Shown piece after piece: positions 26,644-41,876 of a stretch of 64,000 nucleotides of DNA. Both the position numbers and the translations under genes were made by a program. This DNA comes from Octopus vulgaris (lineage: Eukaryota). The DNA lies in assembly GCA_951406725.2 (NCBI GenBank), contig OX597828.1, forward strand, positions 22,630,001-22,694,000, given 5' to 3'. The notes under the pieces were generated by a model that saw only the letters and a list, made by a program, of their open reading frames with translations, was not told the origin of the DNA and did not search any database. How positions within the stretch are numbered: position 1 is the stretch's first letter; each line of letters opens with the position of its first letter.

Positions 26644-27130
26644 CAATACATATACATGTGTGTGTGTGTGTGTGTGTGCACAATACATTATACATGTGTG
26701 TGTGTTTGTCTGTATGTCGCAAAACATTGTACTGGATGTCGATCACAGCTGATAGAATCGCATGGTTAATCATATTTTCCCCAGTTTGTTATTAGCTCCC
26801 ATATTTAGTAGATTATTCCATGTTTCTGTTTCACCTATACATTTAAGTAACAATTTCATACATGTTCTATGCACGCGTGCGCATGTGCGTGAGAGAGACG
26901 GAGAGAACGATAGAACAAATTCAAGACCCCGATGAGACACAACGTTTAAGTTTTTTTTATTCATGAATGTATTTCCATTTTGTCTCGATCTATGCTCATT
27001 CCAGTTGTTAAATTACCTGAGATATCTATTTTAGCAAATTGTCAGTGGCTTGGTCTTTCACATGAAATTCTCTCATAATCTAAAAAATTTGTAGTTGAGT
27101 CAACATGTGAATCACGATGAGTAATATAGC

Positions 27131-28085
27131 CGGCTCTTCAAATTTCTGTTACAGTTCTTATGACGGATTTTCATTAACTTTCTGTCACCCAATAAAATTA
27201 CGCGAATTTTCCGTACATACATGTACTCACAGACTAATAGGACCAGCTCTTCAAATTTCTTTTCTACTCTAGGTACAAAGCCCGAAATTTTTGGGGAGTG
27301 AGCCAGTCGATTGGATCGACCCCAGTACGTGACTGGTACTTAATTTATTGACCCAGAAAGGATGAAAGGCACAGTCGACATCGGCGGAATTTGAACTCAG
27401 AAAGTAAAGACAGACGAAATATCACGAAGTTTTTCGACCGGTGTACTAACGTTTCCTATGTCTTTACTGCCCATAAGGGGCTAAACATAGAGGTGACAAA
27501 CAAGGACAGACAAAGGGATTGAGTCGATTACATCGACCCCAGTACGTAACTGGTACTTAATTTATCGACCCTGAAAGGATGAAAGACAAAGTCGATCTCG
27601 GCGGAATTTGATCTCAGGTCGTAGCGGCAGATGAAATACCTATTTCTTTACTACCCACAAGGGGCTAAACACAGAGAGGACAAGCAAGGACAGACAAACG
27701 GATTAAGTCGATTACATCGACCCCAGTGCGTAACTGGTACTTAATTTATCGACGCGGAAAGGATGAAAGGCAAAGTCGACCTCGGCAGAATTTGAACTCA
27801 GAAGGTAACGGCAGACGAAATACCGCAAAGTATTTCGCTCGGCGTGCTAACGTTTCTGCCAGCTCGCCACCTTCGGCTCTTCAAATATCTATTACAGTTT
27901 TTGCGACAGATTTATATCAACTTTCTGTCACCCAATAGAAATGCGCGAATATTCCGTAAATATACGTACTCACAAACAAATATGATCGGCTCTTCAGATT
28001 TCTGCTAAATCTCTCATGACGGATTTTCCATTAACTTTTTTTCACCCGATAAAACACGTGAATATTCCGCACATAAATATACCCA
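27131..28085. repeat. 113-bp tandem minisatellite (3 diverged units) interrupted by a SINE
   Basis: Units begin C(G/A)GCTCTTCA(A/G)AT at 27131, 27244 (interrupted), 27874 and 27987; shared TTAACTTTCTGTCACCCAATA...GCGAAT(A/T)TTCCGTA. Confidence 0.85.
27261..27871 (-). mobile_element. SINE family B, trimeric form, with TSD
   Basis: Three ggatgaaag(g/a)ca...gtcga...cggcggaatttga units; head ends ccagctcgccacc; flanked by GCTCTTCAAATTTCT (27246) and GCTCTTCAAATATCT (27876). Confidence 0.9.
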
Positions 28086-28719
28086 ATTCTACATACACAT
28101 ACCTGTATAAACTTCGGGTGGATTTTTTTAATTTGAAGTACAGACCGTTTGAAATGCTCTCTCTGACAGTTTATGTCGGATATTGTAATATAGTGCATGT
28201 AATTATTAATGTTTTTCACACTTGTTCGTTAATATAAGCTTTTCATCATTTTGCGGTCAATAACGTAAATTTCACCACCTCAATTATTGTGGGAGTTGGT
28301 AGCATAAAAATCCCTTCCTTTAAAGTCCTTTGCCTGTATAGCAAATTTTGAAATTATCCTATCCATATGTTTTAGACGAATTAAGAATTTGGATGTTGCA
28401 TACGACAAAATGTTTTTTTGCCAATGCGCGAGCTCATTAATTCCATAGTAATGCCACCGCCAACATATATAGGCGTTGGCATGCCATGGCTGGTTATCTT
28501 TTATTGAATTAAAACAATCGTTCGCATTTTAATCACTCTTTTAGAACATTTATTTTCATTTACAGCCTTTATGAGCTTCGGAAACGAAATCAAGAATGAA
28601 AGAAAAACAACGAATTATTTCACGTACTCTCGAAAATTTATGGATTCTTACCACATCAAGTGTGTGTGTGTGTGTGATAGGTTTTCCTCTGGAATATGTC
28701 TAAAAAAATCTAGCAGAAC

Positions 28720-29038
28720 GTCGTTTACCATGACAAGGATTCCAGCTGATCCAATCAACAGAACGGTCCACTCGTGAAATTAACGCTCATGTGGACGAGC
28801 ACTCCACAGAGCGGTTCCTTTAATATGGTTCGCAGGGAGGTTCAGCGTGACAAACAGAATGTGACAAACCTGGCCCAGTGAATTACAGGCACAACTAATT
28901 TTTGCCGGCTGAACGAACTGGACCAACATGGAATATAGTGTCTTATTTTAATATGTCTTGTATCGAAAGCGGCGTCCTGTATCGAACTCAGGACCTTACG
29001 ATAGTGCGTCAAATCCCCTATCCATTAAGCCACACGCG
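28720..29038 (-). mobile_element. Diverged SINE with a family C-like head/middle and a family D-like 3' half
   Basis: 28720-28890 is the reverse complement of the 12710-12870 region. 28890-29038 resembles family C (actggaccaacatggaatatagtgtctt...atcgaactcaggaccttacgat). Confidence 0.6.
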
Positions 29039-29539
29039 TTTACTGCAACATGTATACTGTCATTCTCTATGCTTGCATGTTTAAACATATACACACACAA
29101 TTAAACAGCCGCAGAGACATTTATCCTCAGATATATGCGTGCATTTAGGTCTTACCTATAGGATTAAACATGTATTGATTCTCTACACTTGCATGTATAT
29201 TACCTTGACATGTCAACTTTACAAGGATTTCGTTTGAAAATGATAGATTAATAAATAATAATTTACGCTTACTCTAATATCTCTTGTTTCCTTCTAATGA
29301 AGCGCACGCTATAACTGTATGACTGTGTTGCAATTTGGACGTCTCTCGTTCGTAGTTTATTGGCCGTGGAAATTACAAATACTAACTAGAACCGATAGTA
29401 TCACATATATGGAAGCAGCAGCCCACATCAGTGAGTAATTATGTATCTTCCGTTTATAAATTCAACTATATATTCTCTTATTTTATACCTTTGGGCTCAA
29501 AGGCTGTGGCCATGCTGGGACACTATCCTGTTTTCAATT

Positions 29540-29900
29540 GTAACTTTCTCATGATTGGCCTGTAGTGGAGGAGAGAGCCCGATATTGCTCTCCTCATTTG
29601 AGTATCTTGTTGTGATGTAGGTTCATCTGGGACATTGGGCAGCAGTATGACAAGTTGTTTCTTAAACCCATGTACGTCTATTCCATGTAGCTCCCTCAGA
29701 CGTTTTGGCAAGGTGTTAATTAGCCGTGGACGCTTGAATACCAATGTATTGCAAGGAAAGGTTTCCACTCCAGGCGAGATGACTGGGACATTTAGAACAG
29801 TGCAATGACATCCAGTTCGGAGGCTGTTATGGTTCTCGATACCAAAGTTTGGTACAAATCTGTCCCGGATAGTCCATACATATATCACTGCATATCGCTC
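29540..29900 (-). mobile_element. CR1-group LINE ORF2 3' end (decayed)
   Basis: ERYAVIYVWTIRDRFVPNFGI...RTGCHC...CNTLVFKRPRLINTLPKRLRELHGIDVHGFKKQL...VPDEPT...AISGSLLH, the typical CR1 C-terminal signature. Confidence 0.85.
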
Positions 29901-30287
29901 ACCACTTCACTCCAGAAGGTAGAGTCGTAGCACTTTCAGTCCCTCCCAGAAGCTCAGTTATTCCATTGATGCAATCTTCTTTGTGTAGCACCGCTGAACT
30001 GCTTGCTTCAAGTTCCGCTAGTAATTTCACGCTGTGTGGTGACGACAGCTGAGAGCAGTTCCCCAGACGGATGAGGCAAACATACAAACATACATACACA
30101 TACACACATATACACATGCATATAATGTTTATATACGTATGTATATACATATTTATGTAAATATATATTATATATATATGCATGTATATGAATGTATATA
30201 CATGTATTACACACAAACACGTACACACATACAGACAAATATATGTATATATGTAAGTATATATGGGTGTGTATGTATGTATATGTG

Positions 30288-30362
<75 letters not shown>

Positions 30363-31768
30363 GTATGTGGGGATGCGGGTATGTACATATGTATGTACAT
30401 ATGTATGTAAATATATATGTATGCGTTGAAACGTGTAGAGAATAGAGAAGGTAATCCGTGTTACATGTGTTTCTAAGTGATTCTGGATATGTTTTACGTA
30501 TCTCAAACATGTAACATGTATATACAGCTTAGCTCTCCTTCTGATCGAATTACTTGTGGTTGTAAGTCATTGTTGGAAAGAGAGAAATGAACAGTTTACT
30601 TATTTCCTTCACGATAGAATGGTAGGTGGAAAGTAAGTTAGCTCAAATAACCATTGAAATTCTTGTCAGCTGGCAAGCTAAAAGGTAGAAAAGAATGTTT
30701 TTAAGGCAGTCATTTTATTTAAAGAGAAAGGTTACTGGCTCTAGAATAAGAGGTTGAAGATATCAAAGTCGCTGAGGTTTATCGAAGCAACGTCATAAAA
30801 CTGAAATTTGCGCGCCATATACATACACACACACGCTTATAACAACAAGAGTAATAACAATAATAATACTAACAGCAATAATAACAACAGCAATAATAAT
30901 AATACTAATTAACTTTATTATTATTTCTCTATTTACCGAGGGCTTGCAGGTGATTGGGAGCATTTATATAAAATCCGGTGAATTCCCTTTATAACTAAAC
31001 TGGTTTGAAACACGCAAGGAGTAAATTGTCATTCACACTTTGATGGTTCTCCACTTTAAATTCACCAAATGTCAAGATATACTGTCTATGTGTCGCCATA
31101 TGCTTTCTTCTATAAATTCAAGAGCGTTTGTCTACATAAGCAATTGCCAAGAATTTGATCTGATTACGGTGTCCCTTAGGAATCAACTTGTTGAATATTA
31201 ACGTAAACTACATTACATCTTATGGATTTGTTGTTTATTTGATTTCAACTGGTAATATTGATAGCGTGAAAAACACTGGTTGCGCACTGCCGCTCCTGTT
31301 ACTGCTGGTGCCATTGCTGTTGCTACTGCTTGTACTACTACTTCTGTTGTTGTTGTTGCTGCTGATATTCATCTTGCCAGTTTAGTCCAAGACCAACCGC
31401 GGTTCATCAAAACTTTTATCACCTTTTGAACGGTGAACATCACGTTTTTAGTCCTACCGTACTCAACTGCGTCATTGATCAAGGAATTTGTTTTGTGTTT
31501 TAGACCGTTGGATAATATTTGAGGGAAATTTGGTTATCATTTAGTCCTGCTTCACCAACTGTATCAAAACTCCATCAGCTATGAACTTGTTATATATTAT
31601 ATTTGATATGTTTATACATAAGCATTTGCTTAGAATGGAAATAGAGAAATAGGAGTTAAGTGATAGTCTACAAACAAGATTATTATATCATTTTTTATTA
31701 AATAGACAAAACGTGGTGAACAATACTTTAACACTTCATTTTGTCTACTATGGAAGGAACCATTTATG

Positions 31769-31965
31769 TACAAGGGTCTGCTGAAAAGTTCATAGCTTTA
31801 AAGGTATCACGATATGGCAGGCTGGAGGCCCAAATATTCCGAGTTATTTTACAGGGCTTGGAAAAAGTGAAAGGCCGTTGCAATAATTGTCTGAAACTGA
31901 GAGTGGAATATGTTGAATAAAAACATAATTAACTGATCCACCTGTATTTTTTTAAAATTCAGAAC
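31769..31965 (+). mobile_element. Mariner-derived MITE (left TIR intact, right TIR eroded)
   Basis: TA-CAAGGGTCTGCTGAAAAGTTCATAGCTTT TIR; interior encodes the transposase C-terminus NNCLKLRVEYVE*; homologous to 43202-43412. Confidence 0.7.
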
Positions 31966-32549
31966 CATTTGGAGAATACGAGCCTCCTATATAATTATAT
32001 AGTCCGTTATTGATAATACATGGGGACTTGATACTTCATACCTAGAAATCGAAAATAATTAGATGAAAGATGTCGTTACTTTGGGTAGAAACACTATGTA
32101 ATATAAACAGCGGATCATATCGCATGCGCACACAGGTGCCAACGCATATACGTACACATATATACAGGTACGCTCCCTTTATATCCACACTTACTCAGAC
32201 ACTCGCAAACACACACACACACACACACAAGTGAATTATAATTGTGTTTAGGTATGCTTATATGCCTGTATTCATGAATGGCTTATTAAAAACACAAGAT
32301 TCAAAGAGGTAAATATGATTGAAAAATGCATTTTCCAACATTATATTTTATTATGCAGGAAGTAAATTAATTTTATAATATGCAATGCTTTTCATAATTA
32401 CGAATATTTCTCTCTCTAACAAAACACTCAGTGAAAGAAGCCAAGCCGCGACGTACATTGAACTAGGAAAAGGCGTGTGCAAAAAGGCACTTGATTCTGC
32501 CTGAGAGATGCGGAAGTGTGTGAGTACGTAAGTATGTGTGACTACGAGT

Positions 32550-32645
<96 letters not shown>

Positions 32646-34724
32646 TGTTTCATAAAGATATTTAGTTCATTTAATTACTAAATATATTAACAAATTTATG
32701 TCTTTCGTTATGGTTTCTATACGCACTCTGTGACCTATACATATATACAGAACAACCAAATAAACGTGTGTTCCCTAAAACATGTTCCATATACTAATTT
32801 TTCTGTTGAGGAGTTTAAACTTCAACCGCTCTCTCTCTGTCAGGTCTGTCCATGTGTTTGCCTTTCGTTCTGTAAGTATGTGTATCAGTAAACATTTTAA
32901 TGTACATACATAAATCTATATATCCGCACACGAACACGCATACACAAACACATACATGTACATATGTATGTATGGTGGTTGTGTGTCTGTGTATCTTTGG
33001 AAAAGATGCCTCGTTTTATGAAATTTAAGTGTGTACTATTATATTTCACGCACTGATGATCAAACAGGTGTGAAAAGATCTTTCGCTGCGTAAACACCCG
33101 CACGACAAGCTTATACACATTAATCATATATGCAAAAACTTGTTTGCAAATGAGAGATGTATTCAGACTGTAAGTTATATGCGCAATTACACGTCATCAG
33201 CTACGTGCTGCGAACCATTGGTTAGGAGTCCGCTAATAACGATCGTTCTACATATAAGTCTGTATCGAGCTGTGGTCTGTCCATGAGCAGGCTTTAAGCA
33301 CGTGAAACTTCTCCGGCCCTTTCTATAAGCACTTGGCAGCTCTGCCCTCTCACCTTCCACCAGGAAGGTGATTATTGGGTACTTCAGCTTCTGTGAGGAA
33401 GCATGGTATAATTACTGGAGTGGTTTACATTTACTCTTTCCAGGAAGATGTGATTTGAACTCATAAGGCAGAGAGCCGGAAGATATACCCGTAAAGCATT
33501 TCTGCCGAAGTGCCATCGGTTCCGCCACATTCTCAAGAACAACGCACAGCCCGGTCCGGGAACCAAAGCAACGATCTGGAGATCGTGAGTGCAGCACCCG
33601 AACAACTAATCTAATATATAAATATAGCATGTATAGGTACATACACACACGCAAGCACACACATGTACATATACACACACATAAACGGCGTGTAGAACAT
33701 CATCTGATGTGATCGCAAAGCTTGCTCAAACTCGATCGTGATGCGATACCCTAACAACTTACCTTATATACAGAAATACATATATAGATATATATACATA
33801 TGCATGTTCCTCAAAATTGGCCTCGTTCCAAAATTTGAAACCATTCTGTGTGCATAAATACACACACACACACACACACAAAACATATACTTATATATGG
33901 TTGCTTATACTCACGTCAATACGCATATGAGTGAATGCGTCTAAACATATGTTTTATATATACGTACATATAAACATACATACATATATATATATACATG
34001 CACATATATATATACACATATACATACATATATATACATACATACACACACATATACACATACATATATGTACATACATATATACAAGTATATACACCTA
34101 ATCATACATATACACACATGCACACGCTCACATACACAATCTCAGATACACACACACACACACAGACAAACACCCACACGCATATACACATACATACGGT
34201 TATACACATTATACACACGCCCAATATCTCAAGTGATTCATATCGCCTAAAATTTATGTATAATTCTTGACAAACAACTTTAATGTCGTGGCGGATGATT
34301 TTTTACGATATATCATATATCTACCCGATAGAGGACAGTGTATATAGATCAATGTTTGCTACTACACATATTACTGCGTGTATGAAGCGTGTGTTATTAC
34401 AAAATACCCTCGAAGTGTACGCTTGTGTTGCGTTCAGATTGTAGGCGATCTAGAGAACTTGCTGAACATATTTGGCAATTTATTCTCTTCCTTTTCTTTT
34501 GTATAAAAATTTACATTTAGTTTAGATATATGAGTTTGTATCTTTCGCCGGTCTGAACTGAGATTATAACGCTATGACACACTGTAGATAAGTGGCAGGG
34601 AAATCGTTGGTCAGATAATGTTTATAGTTTTAATTGCTTTCAAAATCATCGATGGATAGATCAATCAATCGATAGCTAGCTAGCTAGATAGATAGATAGA
34701 CAGCAAGATAGATTCATATATATA

Positions 34725-35120
34725 CAGGAGTGACTGTGTGGTAAGTAACTTGCTAACCAACCACATGGTTCCGGGTTCAGTCCCACTGCGTGGCATCTTG
34801 GGCAAGTGTCTTCTGCTAGAGCCTCGGACCGACCAATGCCTTGTGAGTGGATTTGGTAGACGGAAACTGAAAAAGCCTGTCGTATAAATGTATATATATA
34901 TATATGTATGTGTTTGTGTGTCTGTGTTTGTCCCCCTAGCATTGCTTGACAACCGATGCTGGTGTGTTTATGTCCCCGTCACTTAGCGGTTCGGCAAAAG
35001 AGACCGATAGAATAAGTACTGGGCTTACAAAGAATAAGTCCCGGGGTCGATTTGCTCGACTAAAGGCAGTGCTCCAGCATGGCTGCAGTGAAATGACTGA
35101 AACAAGTAAAAGAGTAAAGA

Positions 35121-35122
<2 letters not shown>
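34725..35122 (+). mobile_element. SINE family A, full length
   Basis: Near-identical to 20716-21127, including A/B boxes, internal microsatellite and AAGAGTA tail. Confidence 0.9.
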
Positions 35123-35172
<50 letters not shown>

Positions 35173-35291
35173 AGTTATATTTGTAGTTATATATATTATA
35201 CACACACATGTGTATGTATATATGTGTATGTATTTACAGAGACAGACAGACAGATAGATATGCATACGTTCGCACCTGTGGGCGCATGCGC

Positions 35292-35834
35292 TGTGTCTGG
35301 AGTAAAATACCCCATTCAATATTTAAACTGCAGCCAAAGACATTTTTGTTGGAATTGTTCTAACAATTTGAAATGGCTGTCATAAGACGTTCATGGTTCA
35401 GAAGATGGTAAGACAAACGATTTGTAAAGAGCCAATTTTGTGTTGTTATTTATATGACAATGGCACCAAACTCATGACTCCAAACCACCAAATCCTTGTG
35501 CTGCCCTTTGAATCCGCAAATGTAATTTTCCTTCCCGATTTCCATCATTTTGTACAGAGCTTCTAAGACAGATGAAAGAACCTACAATCTCATGTAACGA
35601 AATTTTTTTGTGGGGTAAAAAACAGCACCACGTGCAGGTTGATACATTACAACTGTCTTTTTTCAGATTGATGGTCAAGCCATACTCATCACAAGCTGAG
35701 TCAAATGCAGATACAAGAGATTGCAGTCCCGTTTCAGAGTGACTGAAGAGATCGCAAGCGTATAAGAGTTCCCTAATGGGTGAAGCGAAAACTTTTGTCT
35801 CGAATTTCAGTCTGGTCAGTTTAAAGACATTCCC
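35292..35834 (-). mobile_element. RTE (BovB-like) LINE reverse transcriptase fragment
   Basis: GNVFKLTRLKFETKV...IRELLYA(--)CDLFSHSETGLQSLVSAFDSACDEYGLTINLKK...RIQRAAQGFGGL...TKLALYKSFVLP...LLEQFQQKCL; contains stops and frameshifts. Confidence 0.85.
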
Positions 35835-35840
35835 TATATA

Positions 35841-35909
<69 letters not shown>

Positions 35910-35919
<10 letters not shown>

Positions 35920-36066
35920 AAATCCGTTCTGTCTGTGTGTGTCTTCTAGGATCTCGGGCATCCTCCATCCGATTGCGCTCCAATTTGATTTGTAGATACC
36001 AACGGTATCAAGGAGTGTATAAGTCTTGAAAAAATTACAAAAATCGATTCCAGGTGAGAATGCGAT
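35910..36066 (+). mobile_element. Probable 5' part of a non-autonomous Helitron
   Basis: TATATAAAATCCGTTCTGTCTGTGTG...CATCCGATTGCGCTCCAATTTG layout (TA-rich start, CTGT repeat, CCGAT...AAATTTG-type core); no 3' CTAG end seen. Confidence 0.45.
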
Positions 36067-36596
36067 TTGGTTTAAATGTTTGACAACTCAGCATCGTCCA
36101 TTGGACGGGGTCATTTTGCTCGTATATGTATATATAAATATACACACACAAATATGCACGTGATTCTGCTAATGTCTGTGTGTATATACTGCTTATATAT
36201 CAATTCTCATAGTCAGACTTTTCCATCGTATAAGCTGTAGACATACGTCTACGACGTAAATATGATTAACACAGGTGTAAGTGCGATATATATAAATATT
36301 TATAAAATGACATTTAAATTAATATATATATATATTTATAAATGAATATATAATTGTACTTTATTATAGTTATATTTATATATACGCGTACATATATGTG
36401 TGTGTGTATACATATAAATATATACATATGTTTGTATATACACACGTCTACAATTTATATGTATTATTGATAATGATTATCTTTAATACAATTTATTTCA
36501 TCAATATTTCACCAAACTCTTCATTGTTGTCGTGATATCAAAATAAAAAAGAAGTCGTAGAAATATATTTGACTACCTGTTTATTTCTTGGTGCAA

Positions 36597-36647
<51 letters not shown>

Positions 36648-36678
36648 GTTGCATAAATATAGGCACACACATACATAT

Positions 36679-36723
<45 letters not shown>

Positions 36724-37125
36724 ACCTATATGTGTATAGAGTATATATATATATATATATGCATGTCTGTTTGATATATACTGACGAATATATACGCCTT
36801 GTTTTTGTGTATATGTTGAGAAGACAAGAATACGATTATGTAAATATAGTCACACGCGCACACATGTATATTTCAATAAGCACATTCTCTTATAGATATA
36901 CTTACATATATAAACACACATATATATGTATGTATACACTTATAATTATAGCTATTTACGTACCTATATATCAGTATATGTATATATATATATATTTATA
37001 TATACACAAGCAGATATATATGGACACATGTGTAAGGGTATCTATATACATATATATAAGTGTATATATATAGGCATATATATGCATGTGTGTATATATA
37101 TATATGCATATATATATATATATGC

Positions 37126-37156
<31 letters not shown>

Positions 37157-37229
37157 TATACATATATATATATACATACATATATATATATATGCATATA
37201 TATGCACTCAAATATATATATAGTACCAT

Positions 37230-37292
<63 letters not shown>

Positions 37293-37819
37293 TGTACGTA
37301 CAGGAGAATGTAAGTGCGTGTATACAGGAATATATAAACCGATTGAAACGAGAGAAACTAGTAGCAGCAAAAAAGAAAAACAGAAAAAAGGCAAACAACT
37401 AAACTATCGGCCAATCAGGAGAGACACAGCAATGTTATATATATAGCGAAGTTAATTAGAGATAATTAGACACAATTAGTTGACGACGCTTTTCGCAAAA
37501 TCTTCCTGTACTCTATCCTGCGTAATTGTTTTGTAACTTTCATTCGTAGACACTCATGCGCGTACGCAGGCAAGCACACACACACACACACACACACACA
37601 AAGACACACACACACACATACACACACACACACACATGCACACACACATTGCACACATATAAACACATATACGTGCTTGCACGCAAGCACAGTGGGAATC
37701 ATGCACATATGAGTTTGTATGCGTGAATTCAATCATTCACACACTCAAGCGGATACGTTTTCACCTGCAGAAAGGCTTATACACAGATACACAAGCGCAT
37801 ACAAGCACTCAGGCAGAGC

Positions 37820-38470
<651 letters not shown>

Positions 38471-39074
38471 CGCATGCGTCCATGAATGTAGTTTTGAGAA
38501 GAGAATACTTGTAAAAATCTTCACCACGTACTCGCATACACATACAAACACACACATACGCACACATGCATATCCACACGTATAGATAAATATATTTGTG
38601 GTAGCAGTGTTATTATTGTTAGTGGTGATGGTGGTGTTGTTGATGTTGGCGTGTATGCATGTATTGCGTTCTTTATTTTATTAATTTCAATATATTGATA
38701 TTTTCTCCCTACAGTATGTAATCAAGGTCTATCTTGCAGAGCCAATTATAGACCAGACCAAACCTTTGTTCGGCAATTTCCGTCGTAAGTCTTCGGCTTT
38801 CAGCATTCACAATGTCGGATTAATGTTAGCTCACATTGCTGCGGTTCGTCTTTGTCCCGTATATTTTCTCACAAATTTTATCTCCGTATGTGTATGCATG
38901 TATGTGTATTATATATATATATATATATATATTTATACATATGTGTTAGTAAATACACATGGGTGTGTCTGTATGTTGTGACAGTGCCTGTTTATGTTTA
39001 AACAGGTTATGTTTTTTTTATGTTGTATGAGGTTTATGGGCTATATATGAAACTGTGTGAAATGCACTTGTACT

Positions 39075-39141
<67 letters not shown>

Positions 39142-39999
39142 ATACCTATATATATGTGTGTGTACATATATACCTATACATATGTATATATATATATATA
39201 TATATAATATTAGGGAATAAATCCAAACTTACAGGGAAAAATCAGATTTAGGATTGAATCCAATTTTATAGTAAAATATTATATTATATTAAATTATATA
39301 TTTATGTGTGTGTGTGTATACCTATATGTGTGTATACCTATATGTATGTATATATATATATAAATATATGAATATATGTGTATATCATCGAAGTTGATAG
39401 TAGACATCATTAGTCCAATGTGTCACGCAATGGGACTGAACCCGTAACCATCTGCTTGGGGAGCAGTCAATGCGCTATTTTACCGACGTATTTATATCTT
39501 TTTTACGAAGGCCATTTCCGATTCCATACCCTATGGTGATGCTTTTATATTAACCCTATAATTGACTATAGGAAACATCCGAAATCTCAGATCCCAAAGG
39601 TATTGCTGAACACTTGATCAGCACTGAACAACCAGCGCTATGATGCAACGCTTTTAATGTCTCGACGAATCCCTTTTTACTGCTAAACAATCAATCTAGC
39701 CACACACTGATTTCCCATTTCCTGTCACTGCTCCTTTATTCTTAATCTTCCATTATTGCTGACCACATTTTTTCATATGTATCCATTTTCTCTGTATCTA
39801 TCTTTAATTCTTACCCTCTCGTAATTTAAAGTGTCAAATATTTTCGTCTTTCGATTGATATACCTATATCAAAAGATTTATAACTTAAACAATTTAATTT
39901 AATTTTTTTTTTTTTGCCTTTGAATTTATTTCCTTCTTTCTGTGTTATACAACATTTCAAAGAATTCATGTTTGATGTTGAGATGTTGACCTTGTTTTT

Positions 40000-40160
40000 C
40001 CCCTCCAGTTTTGTCGACTGCTTTTATTAGATTCCATTACTCATATTCCTTCCAGCTTGTTCTGTGCCAACACATGTCGTTTCTTGTCGCTCGGAATCCG
40101 CTCTGGCAATTTTGGCGTCCATCTGTCGTCCTTCAATTTATAAAAATGGTCATGTGAAGG
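40000..40160 (-). mobile_element. Highly decayed RTE LINE 3' coding remnant
   Basis: Minus frame DHFYKLKDDRWTPKLPERIPSDKKR resembles the RTE GH..R..DDRWT....W.P...KR motif. Confidence 0.5.
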
Positions 40161-41836
40161 ATTTTATTATTCAAAGAATGACAAGAAATTTCATTTGTTG
40201 TTGAATCCTTTTGGTCAGTTTGCGGTTCTACCATATTAATCGAAGCATAATGAGTTTGTAGGCGATTTGAGCATTTTTCCCTAGTTTTCGAACGATAGCT
40301 CAACATGACTCAGAACTCATCATGCCTGAGGAAATGTGGTATGGTCTCGAAAGAACTAAATGCCAAACATTAAAATTAAAAAGCAAAGATTAAACGAAGT
40401 TGTTGCAAGTTGAAGCAAACAGATTTGCCAAACATACGTTATTTGGAATTTCCTTTCAGTATGTCAGAGTTGCACAGAATGTCCATTCTTTGTGTGGAGT
40501 ATATAGGATATCTTCCTGCAGTTTGTGTGCATTATATTTTTGAGTGGTGGTTTAAGCGTTACGGGTGTCTTATATCTAAGAGGTAGGGTAACCATATAAA
40601 ATCCTCGTTCGTTTGCATTTTGAGATATTAATGTAACATCCGTGTATGGGTATACTCGTGTCATGCAGATATCTCTCACATTTTCTTTATATCAGAACCC
40701 TCTTTCTTTACCTAAACTGAGGAAAATTTGTGAGATAGCGCTGGAATTGTTCTATATTAGATAACGTAATCCTAATTACATTTTGTCCAAAGAATAGTCA
40801 CAGAGTTTGGTAAAAGCAAGACTATCGTCGATCATAATTCTGCAATTGATTATTGGCAAATGCCTCATATAGAAAAAAAATGAGCAAAGTAGTTTCCAGG
40901 CAGTAACTAGGCCTAATAGGAAAAGTAGCTAAATATTCTTCGATTCAAACAATATATCACTTTCTGCCAGAAATGTAAAATGGAAATGATAAAAAAAAAA
41001 TTATATGGCCGGGATTGGCGTTATTTGAGCATAGAGCTCATTAAATCGGGTTTCTTAGAGGGCTAAGCAACAACAACAACAATAATTATATTAAAAATAA
41101 TGATAAGTATAAGAAGAATAACAGCAGCTTCAGTAGCGGTAGCTGTAACTACAATAACAAGACAAAGTGCAGCAACATAACACTTTATATGGAACAAGGC
41201 GCCAATAAGAAACCTTTTAATGGTCGGACGGTCTGTTAAATATAGCAGTTGAGTCTTCTGTTGTTCTCGAGCAATATCCATCTTGGAAGAGTAGTTCTAC
41301 ACATACAGTTTGGGTGGTCAAGTTTGCAATGTATTTGATCTTAGGACTACCAAAGACAGGCTAAACTATAGCCAAAGAACTTTATCACCTCCACCAAAAA
41401 CAACACCACAAATGCTGATGACAAGGACAACATCAACACCCATCTATGACCACCTGAAAATCGCCATCAATATGAGCACTCCCCATCACCATTGCCACTA
41501 ATATCACCATCAAGATCACTACCACCCCTCGTCCACCACAATCGCCACACACACACACTACCATTACGTCCACCATAAGAAGGCGACCATCTACTCATTC
41601 AACTAAAACAACAGATATTATCTAATATTACGGAACTGGTGATTTTTCTTATCCTTTCGTTTTTCGTTAGCTTTCCGTTCCTACTTTTTAGTCTGCCGAT
41701 TACAAAGATGATTGATTCAAACAGTAAGAGTATTATTCAAAGCATGCCACAATCGGCGTCCTGACAATTCCTATAGTAATGAGCAGGTCAAGTAATCTAT
41801 CATTCAACCAGGCGATATGTTCACTCCCTGCAACAC

Positions 41837-41876
<40 letters not shown>

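Noticed and set aside
27131-28085. Regularly spaced repeats as a CRISPR-like array
   Set aside because: Whole 113-bp units are homologous with no unique spacers; eukaryotic context and no cas genes.
41692-41723. Pyrimidine tract-AG ... GTAAGA micro-exon
   Set aside because: In-frame TGA in phase 0, weak donor, no supporting homology.
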